DNA of 64,000 bases, taken from contig JAQGDQ010001037.1 of assembly GCA_030141605.1 (NCBI GenBank), positions 1 to 64,000 on the forward strand. Reading direction: 5' to 3'. Source of the DNA: Tubiluchus corallicola. Lineage: Eukaryota > Animalia > Priapulida. A program made the translations under genes and the position numbers. Under the pieces are notes generated by a model, which did no database searches, was not told the DNA's origin, and saw nothing but the letters and a program-made list of their open reading frames with translations. Below, in pieces: positions 51,535 to 64,000 of the stretch (the stretch's first letter is position 1; the number at the start of each line of letters is the position of its first letter).

Positions 51535-52364
51535 AGAGTGTGTCATAGTTTGTTTGCAAATGTTTGTTTGTACCATATGTACTATTCTTCTATATATACA
51601 CGGAATATTTTATATATTTTGTCCATCTAGACTGGTCTGTCTATTAGTCGCTGATTAGACGGGGGATTTTTCTCGAAGTAAATTACGCTAAACCTGACCC
51701 GATCTGAATTGCTTATTGCTACCTGTAAATATGTGCTGTGGAAATAAAATAGTGCACCACAGTGATAGCATGATTTGCTTTAGGGACATTGCAACAAGTG
51801 TTGCTTTACTACATGTGTTGAAATAATCGGGTTATTTGATATAATAGAATCACTATTATATAACTATATTCAGATATTATTGTAATAAACCCGATACTAA
51901 ATTAAATTTCTTTAATGAAATGAAGCTGTGAGAAAGTGGTGACATAGCCTGCAATTTTGCACTCATCTGGAACTGGAAACATTGACCACACGTCAGATAT
52001 CTTGACCACTCGTCCACCCAACTGTTAATGGGAAGCAGGCCTTAATTCAATCCAGATAATTGTTATTTAAGTGCGACTTTGATCACAGGGGGCTGGGCGG
52101 TCTATTAGTAATGCAGTTGAACTTGAAAACCAAGGTCATTGGTTCAAATTCAGGTTACCGATTTCTTATTTTTGACCAAGTTTGAGTTTTTAAATTTAAT
52201 AATTATAATTATTCTATCATTAACAATAATTTTAATTAATAATTCAGACTATATATATATATTAGTAAAATATTTGAACTTTTTGAATAGATTTATTTAT
52301 TTTTCACCGATTGTTGAGAATTTTTGGCCTCTAAAGAGTAAGCTTACCTTTGTTTTGGGTTGGT

Positions 52365-52754
52365 AATAAGCCTTCACACAGTTTCGTTGTGCGCACGCGC
52401 ATTTGCTGTAGATCAAAGGTTAGGTGCACCACAGCAATGCAGCTTAACTACAACCGTCACGAAAAATGGGGGTAAAGCAAAGCTGTCTGCCCCATCAGTT
52501 CAGTAACTTCAGTTGTTTTACGTGGGCTTTACTTAATTATGCATTAGTCTGCGAGTGATTTACTAGCAGGATCTTGCTTGGGAACAAGAAAAAATGAACT
52601 AGGTAAGGTTCCGTCTAGCTGTTAAAACTGTTACTATTACAATAGCATGGGCTGCGAGACGTTGTCAAGTGTACACAAATGTACTGTCTGATACATTTAA
52701 CCTTTGACCTTTTTGTGATCATCGTCAATCGCTGGAACTGTGAGAAGGCTTATT
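52365..52754. mobile_element. MITE, copy 2 of the 221-594 family
   Basis: TIRs AATAAGCCTTCACACAGTT...AACTGTGAGAAGGCTTATT. Confidence 0.8.
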
Positions 52755-52891
52755 TACCTTGTACACTATGACATGCATAGTATATATACAGTATATAATT
52801 TAGTTTTTTCCTTACGATTAGTAATAAAATTGTGTGCTTACCAAATTCAGAGTCAATTTTAGCAACACCTAAGGATTTTTCTGCATTTCAG

Positions 52892-53013
52892 AAATCCGTT
52901 TCCTCCTGGCGAAAAAGTCACATTTAAAGATGGAAAGAGCATTTGTCAGAACTGTATTAATAAACTGCCCTCACCGCCGGTCTCTCCCGCAAAAGAGGTA
53001 CCTAAGGGAGCAA
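52892..53013 (+). CDS. ABLIM: abLIM exon (NPFPPGEKVTFKDGKSICQNC...PKGA)
   Basis: tttcag acceptor and A|gtaagt donor, 122 nt, phase 2-1. PFPPG..VTF.G...CQ.C of LIM2. Confidence 0.9.
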
Positions 53014-54282
53014 GTAAGTACAGCTATAAAAGGACTTCTCGTCTTCGTGTAAATATTGTTGATGTATCAGCATTTATTTCACGCATATTAAGTATCGTTA
53101 GTACCAGTCCTCGTAACTCACATTAATTTAGCATTCTGTCATCGTTGCTACTTGTATTTATGCTCTCTAATATATGAATTTTCGTCTGTCTGTCTTTTTG
53201 TCTTTCCGCCGAAAGGTCGCTGTTTGTGCTTTCGATTGCGGTTTTCTGACTCCGGTGCTGCCTCTGACGGCTGTTGCAGACTAGGTAAGATTCGGTTGGC
53301 AAGTTTTGATGATTCACAAGTTTTTAGTTAAACCGGTGCTCTAGGTGTTCGAGAGACCGCGGGCATGTTGCCGAATTTGTGCACACTTGCTTAATCTTAG
53401 CAGCATTTGCAGCTTTTCATTGTTAAAAAGTTGGTCATTTTTGATAACCACACGTAAAATATTCATTAAAAGTCAACTATTTATTTAAACCGCAAGGAAA
53501 CCCCCCACTTACGTAAAGCTTAAAAAATTTGTCTCGAAATTTTGTACCGTTTACGTGCTACCTTTTCGTATGCAGGGCTTACATCGACCGTAACGCCGCA
53601 TAAAACATGTAAATTCAAACTCCCGTGATGACTGTTAGGCGCAGCCATTTTGATGATAGGTCATTTGAAGCAAGTTTAGATAACATTATGTAAAGTTTGA
53701 AAAAATAATCAGAGCATTCGTAGCATACATGTTGCTAACTAAGTAAAATTTTAAATTATTGTATCTTGTCAATAGGATTAAAACACCTTTTTGGCTAGTG
53801 AGTGGCGCACCCTGGAGGGTGAGTCAGCGACATTCTACCAACTGGCACAAACATTTTAAATTATTAGTCTAGTTACATAAGTCTTTCCAGCACGTAAGTA
53901 AAATCCTAAATAATGTAGATTTGCACGGAAAGTTTTTTGGGTCATAATTTAACATTGCCTTTTCTTTCCCTGATTTACTTAGAGTAGTGACGTCATCTAA
54001 TGGCGCCGTCCGAACAGTATTGCGGGAGATTTAGAAGAAAACAAACGAAAATTATTTTCAACGTGAATGCGATATGTGCATAAAAATGCTGTAAAGTACT
54101 ATAATTTTTTAAGGCGATTTTTCTGAAACCTACTTCAGGTACCCCTTCTCTTGTCCTTAAGACAGATTACGAAAGAATATTTCTTCAAGGAATCATCTGT
54201 TATTTAAGAAGACAAGAAGATATTTACTTATTCATATCACCAGAGAAAATTCTCAGCATTATTTTTCAATTAGTTTTTTCAT

Positions 54283-54787
54283 ACTTACAACACAAAAGTG
54301 CACGTAACTTAAAACACAAACTACACGTAACTTTCAACACAAACTACACATAACTTAAAACAGACAGTACACGTAACTTAAAACACAAACTACACATAAC
54401 TTACAGCACAGACTGCACGTAACTTACAACAGATAGTACACTTAACTTAAAACACAAACTACACGTAACTTGCAGCACAGACTGCACGTAACTTACAACA
54501 GACAGTACACGTAACTTTCAACACAAACTACATGTAACTTACAACACAAACTACACATAACTTACAACAGACAGTACACGTAACTTTCAACACAAACTAC
54601 ACGTAACTTACAACACAAACTACACATAACTTACAACAGACAGTACACGTAACTTTCAACACAAACTACACGTAACTTACAACACAAACTACACAACTTA
54701 CAACAGACAGTACACGTAACTTTCAACACAAACTGCACGTAACTTACAAAACAAACTGCACGTAACTTTCAACACAAATTACACATA
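54283..54787. repeat. 23-bp minisatellite, about 22 copies
   Basis: Unit CGTAACTTACAACACAAACTACA with variants. Confidence 0.95.
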
Positions 54788-55285
54788 GATAAGGGAAATT
54801 TTCTTTGGCCCGAACGGCACCTGACAAATCTACATTTTGCGGAAACCGCTCAAAATTATTATCATGGTTACGATCAATTTTTTACGCTTGCTTTTGACAA
54901 TATGTTGAAGGAAGTGTAAATTAAAGCATTTTGCCTTCTGTAGAGAAACTCTATGAAGACTCAAAGCCCCTTTGTATTTATGTTGCAAGCTGTTTTACGT
55001 TATATGTTTTTTGTATTTTTGCTTTTAAATGTTTGTTCGTATGTTTGATTGACTGATTGATTTTTCGTTTGTTTTATCATTTTACTCCTGTTCTGCAATA
55101 ATTTTCCTTCATATTTTTACTTTTTCATCTGTTTAGCTTACTGCACTTTATAAAAGATTATGTTTCGTTGTGTGTATTAAGTGCAATGTTATAATTTGTA
55201 GTTAAATTGCTGTATTTACAAGTGCATTTGGAAGCGTATTTTCTTATTTCAATGAGATTTGATGCTCATAAGTGATAATTTGATT

Positions 55286-55295
55286 GTAAACTAAA

Positions 55296-55326
<31 letters not shown>

Positions 55327-57937
55327 TGTGTGTGTGTGTGTTCTGCAAACAGGTATTTAAATTACATTTAGTTTGCTGGCTAGTTCCATTTATTCAGCAG
55401 GAGCCAATAGGGGTGATCATCGAACGTTCGAATTCGATTCAAATGAGTTTTTCGGATAATTCAGCACTTCAGCCACGTCCGTTCTTTATCGTTAAAACCT
55501 TCGAAACAGCTTGTAATTAGCACAATTTAGCTGCAGTTTCTGCACAAAATTTTTAACAAACTAATAGTGGTTTTACTGCAAAACAAAATCAAGTAATATG
55601 CATAACCTTTGTAAGACCACTTACATATATATATATATATAATAATCTTTATTTTTCGTTAAAATACATTGATAATCACTGATAAAAACTTTACAGAGAT
55701 GATCAATCAGTGTTAGTTAATAAAAACTTACACTGCTAAAGGCAAATGCGTCAGTGGAATCTAAACTACTGTGCAGTAATGGAAAGTAACGACGAATAAA
55801 ATCAAACATATTTACAACTATGCACAAAAAAATGAAAAAAATATGATTTGATTGATATGGCCGTGGACTATTAATATGACTTTTTACTAATGGTTCAAAA
55901 ACTTGTTGGAAAATCTTTCAAACTCAATTCATAAGCGCCAGACTTTACAAGCTTTCGCTCACTAAAATGTAAACCGTGCAGGTATGAACTTTCCAATACA
56001 TGAGATCACTAAACACTGAGGATTACATAGTCATATCTAGACTGCATTACCACTTCATCGACTTGAGCTTTGTAAGACCACTTTTTATTGCTTGTTGGAA
56101 AATCTTTCAAACTCAATTCAAATTCGAAGTCGCAAATTCGATTCAATTCGAATTCGCTTTCTGCTAGAGAATGCTCACCCCCCTAGTTACTAAGTTCCTT
56201 TTTACGTAAGAAATTTTCAAGCTGCACGAGGGAAAGTCGTCGACTTGCGACCTATACAGTTCGTGACTGAAATGATCAAATTCGTGACTGCGATTTCGGC
56301 TTACAAGTTAAGCAAAACGAACAGTATGAGTTAAAGCACAAGAAAACCCTTCATAAACATAAAGCTTGAAAAATTCGTTTTGGAATTTTATATCGCTTAG
56401 ATACTGCCATTTTGCGTGCAGGACTTCAATCGGCAGTCACGCTGTGTAAAACATGTAAATGTAAACTCCCGCGATGACAGATAGGCGCAGCCATTTTCAC
56501 AACAGGTCATTTAAAACAAGTTTAGATAACATTTTGTAAAGTTTGAAAAAACAATCAGAGCATTCTGTGTCGCTAACGAAATAAAATTTAAATTACTGTA
56601 TCTTGTCAATAAGATTAAAAATGCGTTTTTTGTTACTGAGTGGTGCAGCCTGGAGGGTGACTCTGCGACATTTTGCCAATTGGTGAAAACATTTTAAATA
56701 ATTAATAATTTTCTTTTCTAGTTACATAAGCCTTTCTAGTAGGTAAGCGAAAATCTAAGTAATATAGATTTGCAAGGAAAGTCTTTTGAGACATAATTTA
56801 ACATTGCTTTCTCTTCCCTTCATTTACGTTTGGTGCATGACGTCATGTAATGGCGACTTCGGAACAGTATTGCGGGAGATTTAAAATGAAAACAAACTAA
56901 AATTCCTTTCAGTGTGAGTAAGATAAATGCATTAAATTGCTATAAAGTAATATAATTTTTTAAGGCGATTTTTCTGAAACCTACTTCAGGTATCCTTTAA
57001 GGATGACAGTCATGACACATCTTTGCTAGATAGTACATACCATATCTGATGTACGTTTAAATCGCCACATGACTGGTCACTCACGAATGTGGTCGTAAGT
57101 CGATGAAGTGGTAATGCAGTCTAGATATGGCTATGTAATCCTCAGTGTTTAGTGATCTCATGTATTGGAAAGTTCATACCTGCACGGTTTACATTTTAGT
57201 GAGCGAAAGCTTGTAAAGTCTGGCGCTTATCATGAATTGAGTTTGAAAGATTTTCCAACAAGTTTTTGAACCATTAGTAAAAAGTCATATTAATAGTCCA
57301 CGGCCATATTAATCAAATCATAATTTTTTCATTTTTTGTGCATAGTTGTAAATATGTTTGATTTTATTTGTCGTTACTTTCCATTACTGCACAGTAGTTT
57401 AGACTGCACTGACGTATTTGCCTTTAGCAGTGTAAGTTTTTATTAACTAACACTGATTGATCATCTCTGTGTAAAGTTTGTATCAGTGATTATCAATGTT
57501 TTTAATGGCAAATAAAGATAGTTATATAATAATCTTTATTTGCCATTAAAAAACATTGATAATCACTGATAAAAACTTTACAGAGATGATCAATACTGTA
57601 TATAATATAATACTTATGTAATACTTATATATATGTAAGTGGTCTTACAAAGATCATGCATATTACTCGATTTTGTTCTGCAGTAAAACCACTATTAATT
57701 TGTTAAAAATTTTGCGCAGAAACTGCAGCTAAATTGTGCTCATTACAAGCTGTTTCAAAGGTTTTAACGATAAAGAACGGACATGGCTGAAGTGCTGAAT
57801 TATCCGAAAAACTCGTTTGAATCGAATTCGAACGTTCGATGATCACCCCTACTGGCTCCTGCTGAATAAATGGAACTAGCCAGCAAACTAAATGTAATTT
57901 AAATACCTGTTTGCAGAACACACACATTTAGTTTACA
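55286..57937. repeat. Long inverted duplication with arms at about 55286-56064 and 57097-57937
   Basis: Near-identical reverse-complement arms (mirror ORFs FCKQVFKLHLVCW... on both strands). The spacer of about 1 kb holds a K3 element. Confidence 0.92.
56335..56996. mobile_element. TTAA-type element family K3, full-length copy
   Basis: TTAA-AGCACAAGAAAACCC...CTACTTCAGGTATCCT-TTAA. Confidence 0.8.
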
Positions 57938-58134
57938 TAAACATGTGAAGGGAACAGTCGTTTCCAAAATATCGTGCGATTAATAAACCTGTTTGTAATT
58001 AAATTTAATTAATTTATGCGTTGTAATTGTGACACACAACATCGTTTGTCCACAATGTTGTTGGACGAACTGGCAAAGAAGTTCGACAATACAATTTCTT
58101 TATTAACTCACAAAGAACTTTTTCCATTCTTTAG

Positions 58135-58261
58135 AATGTGCTGGCTGTCAGAAGACATTGCAAGATGGCCACGCGGTACTGGCGTTAGACAAACACTGGC
58201 ATGAAAACTGTTTCAAGTGCGAAACCTGTGGCCAGGTGTTACAGGGGGAATATATGGGCAG
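58135..58261 (+). CDS. ABLIM: abLIM LIM3 exon (CAGCQKTLQDGHAVLALDKHWHENCFKCETCGQVLQGEYMG)
   Basis: tttag acceptor and AG|gtgag donor, 127 nt, phase 1-2. Confidence 0.92.
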
Positions 58262-58999
58262 GTGAGACGTTTGACGAACTTGTTCTGTCTAGGGTCTGTT
58301 CAAACAATGCAAAATGAAATGCAAATTGTACAAATAGGCCTACATGTATTCTAATAGCAATACCAAATGGCTATACTGCAAGAAACATTAACACACTGCA
58401 ACTGTCAGTCGCCTGCTTCTTCTTGGCTCTCAGAAACAGTTACGCTTGAACTTGACTGAGCCCGAGGCTGAGACCAAGAATACTTTTCCGAAGACCGAAT
58501 TGCTTTCAGCGAAACTATACAAATTTGAAAAAATTCATATAAAAACAAACAAAATGGCTCCTGAAAGCTGATTTTAAGTCGTTAGTGAGTCGTGTGACTC
58601 ATAGTGATGTGCGCATCGCTTACTTTTGTTCAGTAAATATGTACACAAAGCTTTTACAAGGGTTGCATTTTGAGATGGTAGCAACATCTTGTATTGAAAA
58701 TTAACGAGCTTTTCTTTGTCTCGTACTGTCGGGTGCCTGTGCAGTTGGCAACATCCGTACATACTTATGGATTGAGGCAAAATCCGGACAAACTGCCGAT
58801 TTTTTGAAAACCCACCCGGACATGGGCCCAAAAAGAGGAAGTGTCCGGGGAAACCCAGACGTATGGTAACCCTAAGTATACAGGTACCATATGTATATGC
58901 CAAGCAAAATAATAAATGTCATTAGCTCTATAGTACTTTGACTAAGCAAATTGTTATGTTTGACATGTTTAATCTAATATAATACTGATATATTTATAG

Positions 59000-59181
59000 G
59001 GAAGGGAAGCCGTATTGCGAGAACGATTATCAGAAACTGTTTGGGGTGCGCTGCGCCGGATGCCTCCAGTTCATCACGGGTCGAGTGCTGCAAGCGGGGG
59101 ATCAGCACTTCCACCCGGAGTGTTCTCGCTGCGCACGCTGCAAGCAGGCGTTCACCGAAGGGCAGGAAATGTTCCTTCAAG
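59000..59181 (+). CDS. ABLIM: abLIM LIM3/LIM4 exon (EGKPYCENDYQKLFGVRCAGCLQFITGRVLQAGDQHFHPECSRCARCKQAFTEGQEMFLQ)
   Basis: tatag acceptor and G|gtaatt donor, 182 nt, phase 2-1. Confidence 0.92.
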
Positions 59182-60073
59182 GTAATTGCTTGCCGCTGGT
59201 TGTCTTTTTTGCTTGAAGGTGTCACTGTTCTTGACTTTGTGAGAATCAGCTCTGGATTAACCATTAAGCAAGATAAGCACGTGTTTAGGTCCTTAGGGGA
59301 AGAGGGGCACCACATAGTTTTTTCAAATAGAATAATAATAAATAATAATAATAATCAATAATAATGATAATAAGTATAGCAGAATACAGTGTGGCGTTTT
59401 ATATATATATATATATATATAAACTTTATTTATTTTGCGTGGATTTACAACACAGTAACTATTACTGGTCATAGTATTTCCACTATGTGCAGTGATGAAA
59501 TATACAATTACTTGAACTAGTTCGAGTATGTAATAACTCAAAATAGCTAGTTCAAAAATACGACTAGTTCATTAGCTAATACTTAATTAAAATTTACAAA
59601 AGCCACACAATAGATACGATAACAGAAACGATTCTCGATGCACATAAGCCTATAAGACCATGCATTGTACATTGTAATGTACCATGTTGCTGCTTAATTC
59701 AGAAATCCAATACATGTGAAATTAATACAATTAGTGCAGTATTACTGTTATTACAGCAGTACATATACTTCATTCTAGCATAAGTTGTTTATTAATGAGT
59801 ACTTGATTGAATGTACTCATATTACAGCAGTACATATACTTCATTCTAGCATAAGTTGTTTATTAATGACGAAATAATGGCGGGGATTTTCAATCCTTTC
59901 ACAGCTTTACTGTTTGTAGTTTAAATATATTAATCTTTTGCGTTGTTTTTTCTTCAGCTATGTTGTAAATTTCTAATTATAATTTGTAGTTTGCTGGGTG
60001 AAAATAAATAAACTAAACTGAACTATTGCATGTGAATAAGACCATCTATTTTATCGCAATTAATTTGTTTTAG

Positions 60074-60117
60074 GGTCTGAAATATGGCATCCACAGTGCA
60101 CTGCTGCCAAGAAAGAG
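60074..60117 (+). CDS. ABLIM: abLIM small exon completing LIM4 (GSEIWHPQCTAAKKE)
   Basis: tttag acceptor and GAG|gtacgt donor, 44 nt, phase 1-0. GSEIWHP.C motif. Confidence 0.88.
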
Positions 60118-60402
60118 GTACGTTTACAATGATACTTCACTAGGGAGGAGAGAGAAGAGGGATGAGAGTGAAATGTTTGAGGGTCTATAGGAGCCATTGT
60201 AGTTGTGATTCCGCTTGCTGCAATGTCTGTGTGCCTTGCACTGCATGGTAGTTATAGCTTTAGTTAGTAGTATAATTTTGCAGTGTGATTATTGTTATTT
60301 ATTTTGAGATTGTAGTAGAAATTTGAATTTGTTAGCAGCATAAAAAAAAATTACGATATTTACACATAATAATTTACACAAAAATGAACAACAGACAATA
60401 TA

Positions 60403-60530
60403 CAGTCGTACCTCAGTTTTTGATCATAATTCGTTCCTAAAAAGTGTTTGAAAACCGATTTGGTTGAGAACCGAATCATTTATTCCCATAAGAAATAATG
60501 TAAAAGCAAATAATCCGTTCTCAAGCACCA
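60403..60530 (+). mobile_element. Tigger/pogo-like MITE left end
   Basis: TA-CAGTCGTACCTC...ATTCGTTCC...TTCCCATAAGAAATAATGTAAA pattern. Confidence 0.55.
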
Positions 60531-61140
60531 AATGTACTACTGTAAAGTGTTACTAAAACGAAATATAATAATGTAAAAATGTTTATCTAAACATATAAAA
60601 CTGTCTTACATATAAAATTGCACTTTTAGCATTTTACATATCTGGATTGTTGTTATATTTATGTAAATCGGTAGTTGTGAGTTGTGACCCAGAGTACAGT
60701 TTACAGAATTAATTGCATTTGCTTGCCAAAAAAAAGTGGTGGGGAGTACCGGGAATTCTCCCCACTTGAAAACATCATTAATGATCTGTGATGACTTGTC
60801 AATGAAAAAACAAGGGTTGTCTTTCTGTGATCTGTAGTTACTGGAGTAACTACACTGGAGTAATTGCACTTTGCACATTACTATATTAGTTAGCACCATA
60901 ATAAACGTTGATTAAAAATCTTTTTTAATTAAATAGTTGCACAATATGTGGAAGCATGCTTAGTCATAAATTATTGCACATTTAGAGATGTTTTCTACCT
61001 TTCCCCTGTTCCATGAATTTGCACATTTTGGTCTGTCTTTGCACACAATTTAGTATTTTTTCTGGCTTTTCTTATTTCTCGTTCTTGCACTGTTATTTAG
61101 CAGCTTGCATGATTCTGCATGAATGATTTCTGTTTCACAG

Positions 61141-61215
61141 CACACGCCCGGTAGCCGATCATCGCAGCGGTCTTTCTCTCGAGCTTCCGGCTCCTATAGC
61201 AGTATGGGGAGGAAG
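61141..61215 (+). CDS. ABLIM: abLIM 75-nt exon (HTPGSRSSQRSFSRASGSYSSMGRK), probable cassette exon
   Basis: ttcacag acceptor and AAG|gtttg donor, phase 0-0, open reading frame between the flanking exons. Confidence 0.7.
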
Positions 61216-61377
61216 GTTTGTTTTAAAAATCGTGTTTAAGTATGAGATAGATTTTTAAATTTGATAAAAGAGTATCTGTATTAGTAAAATGGTGTAGTAG
61301 TAAATAGCCTATTAGAAAAAATAGTTCCACGTTTTTTAAACTAATGTATAAGTTAACAAATTTTTTATTATTAGTTA

Positions 61378-62450
61378 CGGTGCGTTCAGACTTGCAAGTT
61401 TTCTCGCTAAATAACTGACAAGTGTGTTCAGACTAACAGATATTTTTTGTCATGCTAGGAGAAATATTTCTCTAAAGGTGCACTTAGACTAGTGCGTTCA
61501 TGCTGCAAGTTACTCTCCGACAGTAAGCGTGAGTTGACGCTCAGTTCTCTATGCACTTCGAGAAGTGTTGAGAGTAACTCGCTGAGGTGTTTGCAAAAAC
61601 TTACCGACAGTAACTTGCAGTAATGTTGAAAGTTTGCAAAAATTTACCGACATTAACTCGCAGTAATCTTGAGAGTTTGCAAAAACTTTCCGGCAGCAAC
61701 TCACAGTAACTGTCGAGAGTTTGCAGAAACTTACCGACAGTAACTCGCAGTAACTGTCGAGAGTTTGCAGAAACTTACCGACAGTAACTCGCAGTAACAT
61801 CGAGGGTTTGCAAAAACTTACCGACAGTAACTCGCAGTAACGTCGAGGGTTTGCAAAAATTTACCGACAGTAACTCGCAGTAACTGTCGAGAGTTTGCAA
61901 AAGCTTACCGACAGTAACTCGCAGTAACTGTCGAGAGTTTGCAAAAGCTTACCGACAGTAACTCGCAGTAACGTCGAGGGTTTGCAAAAATTTACCGACA
62001 GTAACTCGCAGTAACTGTCGAGAGTTTGCAAAAACTTACCGACAGTAGCTCGCAGCAATGTCGAGAGTTTGCAAAAGCTTACCGACAGTAACTTGCAGTA
62101 ACGTTGAGAGTTTGCAAAAACTTACCGACAGTAACTCGCAGTAATGTTGAGAGTTTCGAAAAGCTTACCAACAGTAACTCACAGTAATGTCGAGGGTTTG
62201 CAGAAACCTACCGACAGTAACTCGCAGTAACGTCGAGAGTTTGCAAAAGCTTACCGACAGTAACTCGCAGTAACTGTCGAGAGTTTGCAGAAACCTACCG
62301 ACAGTAACTCGCAGTAACTGTCGAGAGTTTGCAGAAACCTACCGACAGTAACTCGCAGTAATGTCGAGAGTTTGCAAAAACTTACCGACAGTAACTCGCA
62401 AAGTAGTTCATACTTGCAAGTGTGCTGTAGAGAGAAAACTGAACACACCC
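61378..62450. mobile_element. PIF/Harbinger-like MITE containing a 43-44-bp minisatellite (about 61560-62400)
   Basis: Ends CGGTGCGTTCAG...CTGAACACACCC flanked by TTA and TAA. Internal unit GAGAGTTTGCAAAAACTTACCGACAGTAACTCGCAGTAACTGTC. Confidence 0.7.
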
Positions 62451-63680
62451 TAACATCCTGGATCTTTACTCAGCAAACAATGTACAAGTAGTATAAACCA
62501 TAAATGTACGCACACATTATACAGTGTACATACATATATAGTATACATATACAACATACACCTACAATATAGAACTATGGGTACACATGTACAATATATG
62601 TGTGGACATACACGTACTATACTTATATACAATATACACGTGCAGCATACGTGTACATCATACATATATAGCATACATATACAGTATAGGGCTGCGTATT
62701 GCTTTTCAGTATACAGTATACACATATCTTATTTGCATACAGTATACATATACAGCATAAATGTGTGCTTGTGTAGCAAAATCGTACTTAAGTCGGCAAT
62801 TAATCTTTTCTAGTTATTCACATATCTTGAATCTCCATTTCATGAGGATCATTTTGATACCAAGCTCATCACTCTATGTTATTTCTAAGCTGAGGTAATC
62901 CACGTTGAAGTCGAGGTGCAGGCTATGCAGTCAAAAACATAATCTTGAGAAAATGATTGTTAAAGTTATGCATTGTTTTTTGTCGTATCTGTACAAAACA
63001 CTTAGCAACCGCAGAAATGTTGGTTGCTATGGACTTTACAAGAGCACGTTGAAGTTAGGTTTTAAATCCAGTAGATGGCTCTTCCTGACGACGATCTGAG
63101 CTTGGCAACAGAAAAAATCCGAAGCAAAAGGACTGCTTCCACGAGCTACAATCGGAGTTAGAAAATAGGAGTTTTTTTTGCAATTGCAGTACTAATTCTA
63201 GACAGAAAAGTGGGTACAGGGTTAAAAAACAGATTTTTAGTATTTTTAACATTTTTTGGTGAATTTGTTGCCAGATTATAAAAGTTCAATATATTTAGCA
63301 TTTGTTTTTACAAAAAACAAAAAATTGAAATTAGGCCAAATTTTTGGTGCTTTCTACTTTGAAGCATCAGAACGCAATTTTAACTATGCCGACTTATGAA
63401 CGGTTTTGGTTTGCAAGCACACAGATATATATACATATACAGAGCACACATACGTGGTCTGCACATACAGCATAAACATGTCAATGTGTCAGTATACTGG
63501 CAAGCTTTAGCCTTTGAAACAATTTTTTATTTTAATGCAGTTTTTGTCGATCATTATAAATCATTGAGCATTTTAATACGAGTAAATTATTCATGAAGTA
63601 AAAATGTGGAATTTGTCATCTGTGATCAGCTGATTATGTTTGACATGCTTGTATTAGTTTTTACATTTTCTACTTTCCAG

Positions 63681-63849
63681 CATTCTCTGCCTCACGAGCC
63701 GGGCAAGTACGAGCCAAAGTTTGACGTGGATTTTGGCTCGAAAGTCTACATTGAGAGTTACCTAATGCCGGAACCGTTTGAGCCGTTTCACATGCTGCGC
63801 ACTCCGATATCCCCGAAGCCACCTAAATCTCCTCACTTCTATAGACCAG
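63681..63849 (+). CDS. ABLIM: abLIM exon (HSLPHEPGKYEPK...PISPKPPKSPHFYRP); the gene continues beyond the window
   Basis: ttccag acceptor and G|gtgtgt donor. The P.SPHF.RP motif is typical of the abLIM linker/anchor region. Confidence 0.8.
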
Positions 63850-64000
63850 GTGTGTGACATGTTGTAATTATGTAAGAAGACTGGAGATCAAAGTATTTCC
63901 TGTTGTTTTTTGATACCTTCAGTGTCAGTAGTGCTATTATTCTATTGTAAAACAATTGCTTGTCCTTATTTGTATGTATTAACGTCAAATTGTCATGTGC

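Overview
AT-rich, repeat-dense genomic DNA from an invertebrate animal (spliceosomal GT-AG introns). Three protein-coding genes were reconstructed by hand from splice sites and intron phase. (1) The last two exons of CHAF1A/CAF-1 p150 (+, 711-2656). (2) A complete FAXC/failed-axon-connections gene (GST/metaxin-like; -, 29250-9887). (3) The 5' part of an abLIM/unc-115 gene with four LIM domains (+, about 43640/48041 to beyond the window end). The main finding is the FAXC architecture. One set of exons 1-3 (TM anchor and thioredoxin-like GST N-domain) is followed by three diverged, intact copies of exon 4 that cannot be joined to each other in frame, and by two intact copies each of exons 5 and 6 (order 4a; 4b-5b-6b; 4c-5c-6c). 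This suggests one gene making several C-terminal variants by mutually exclusive splicing and alternative last exons. The rest is MITEs (hAT-, pogo-, Kolobok- and Harbinger-like), LINE 3' fragments, candidate solo LTRs, many minisatellites and several recent long inverted duplications. All family assignments come from motif recognition; no database search was run.
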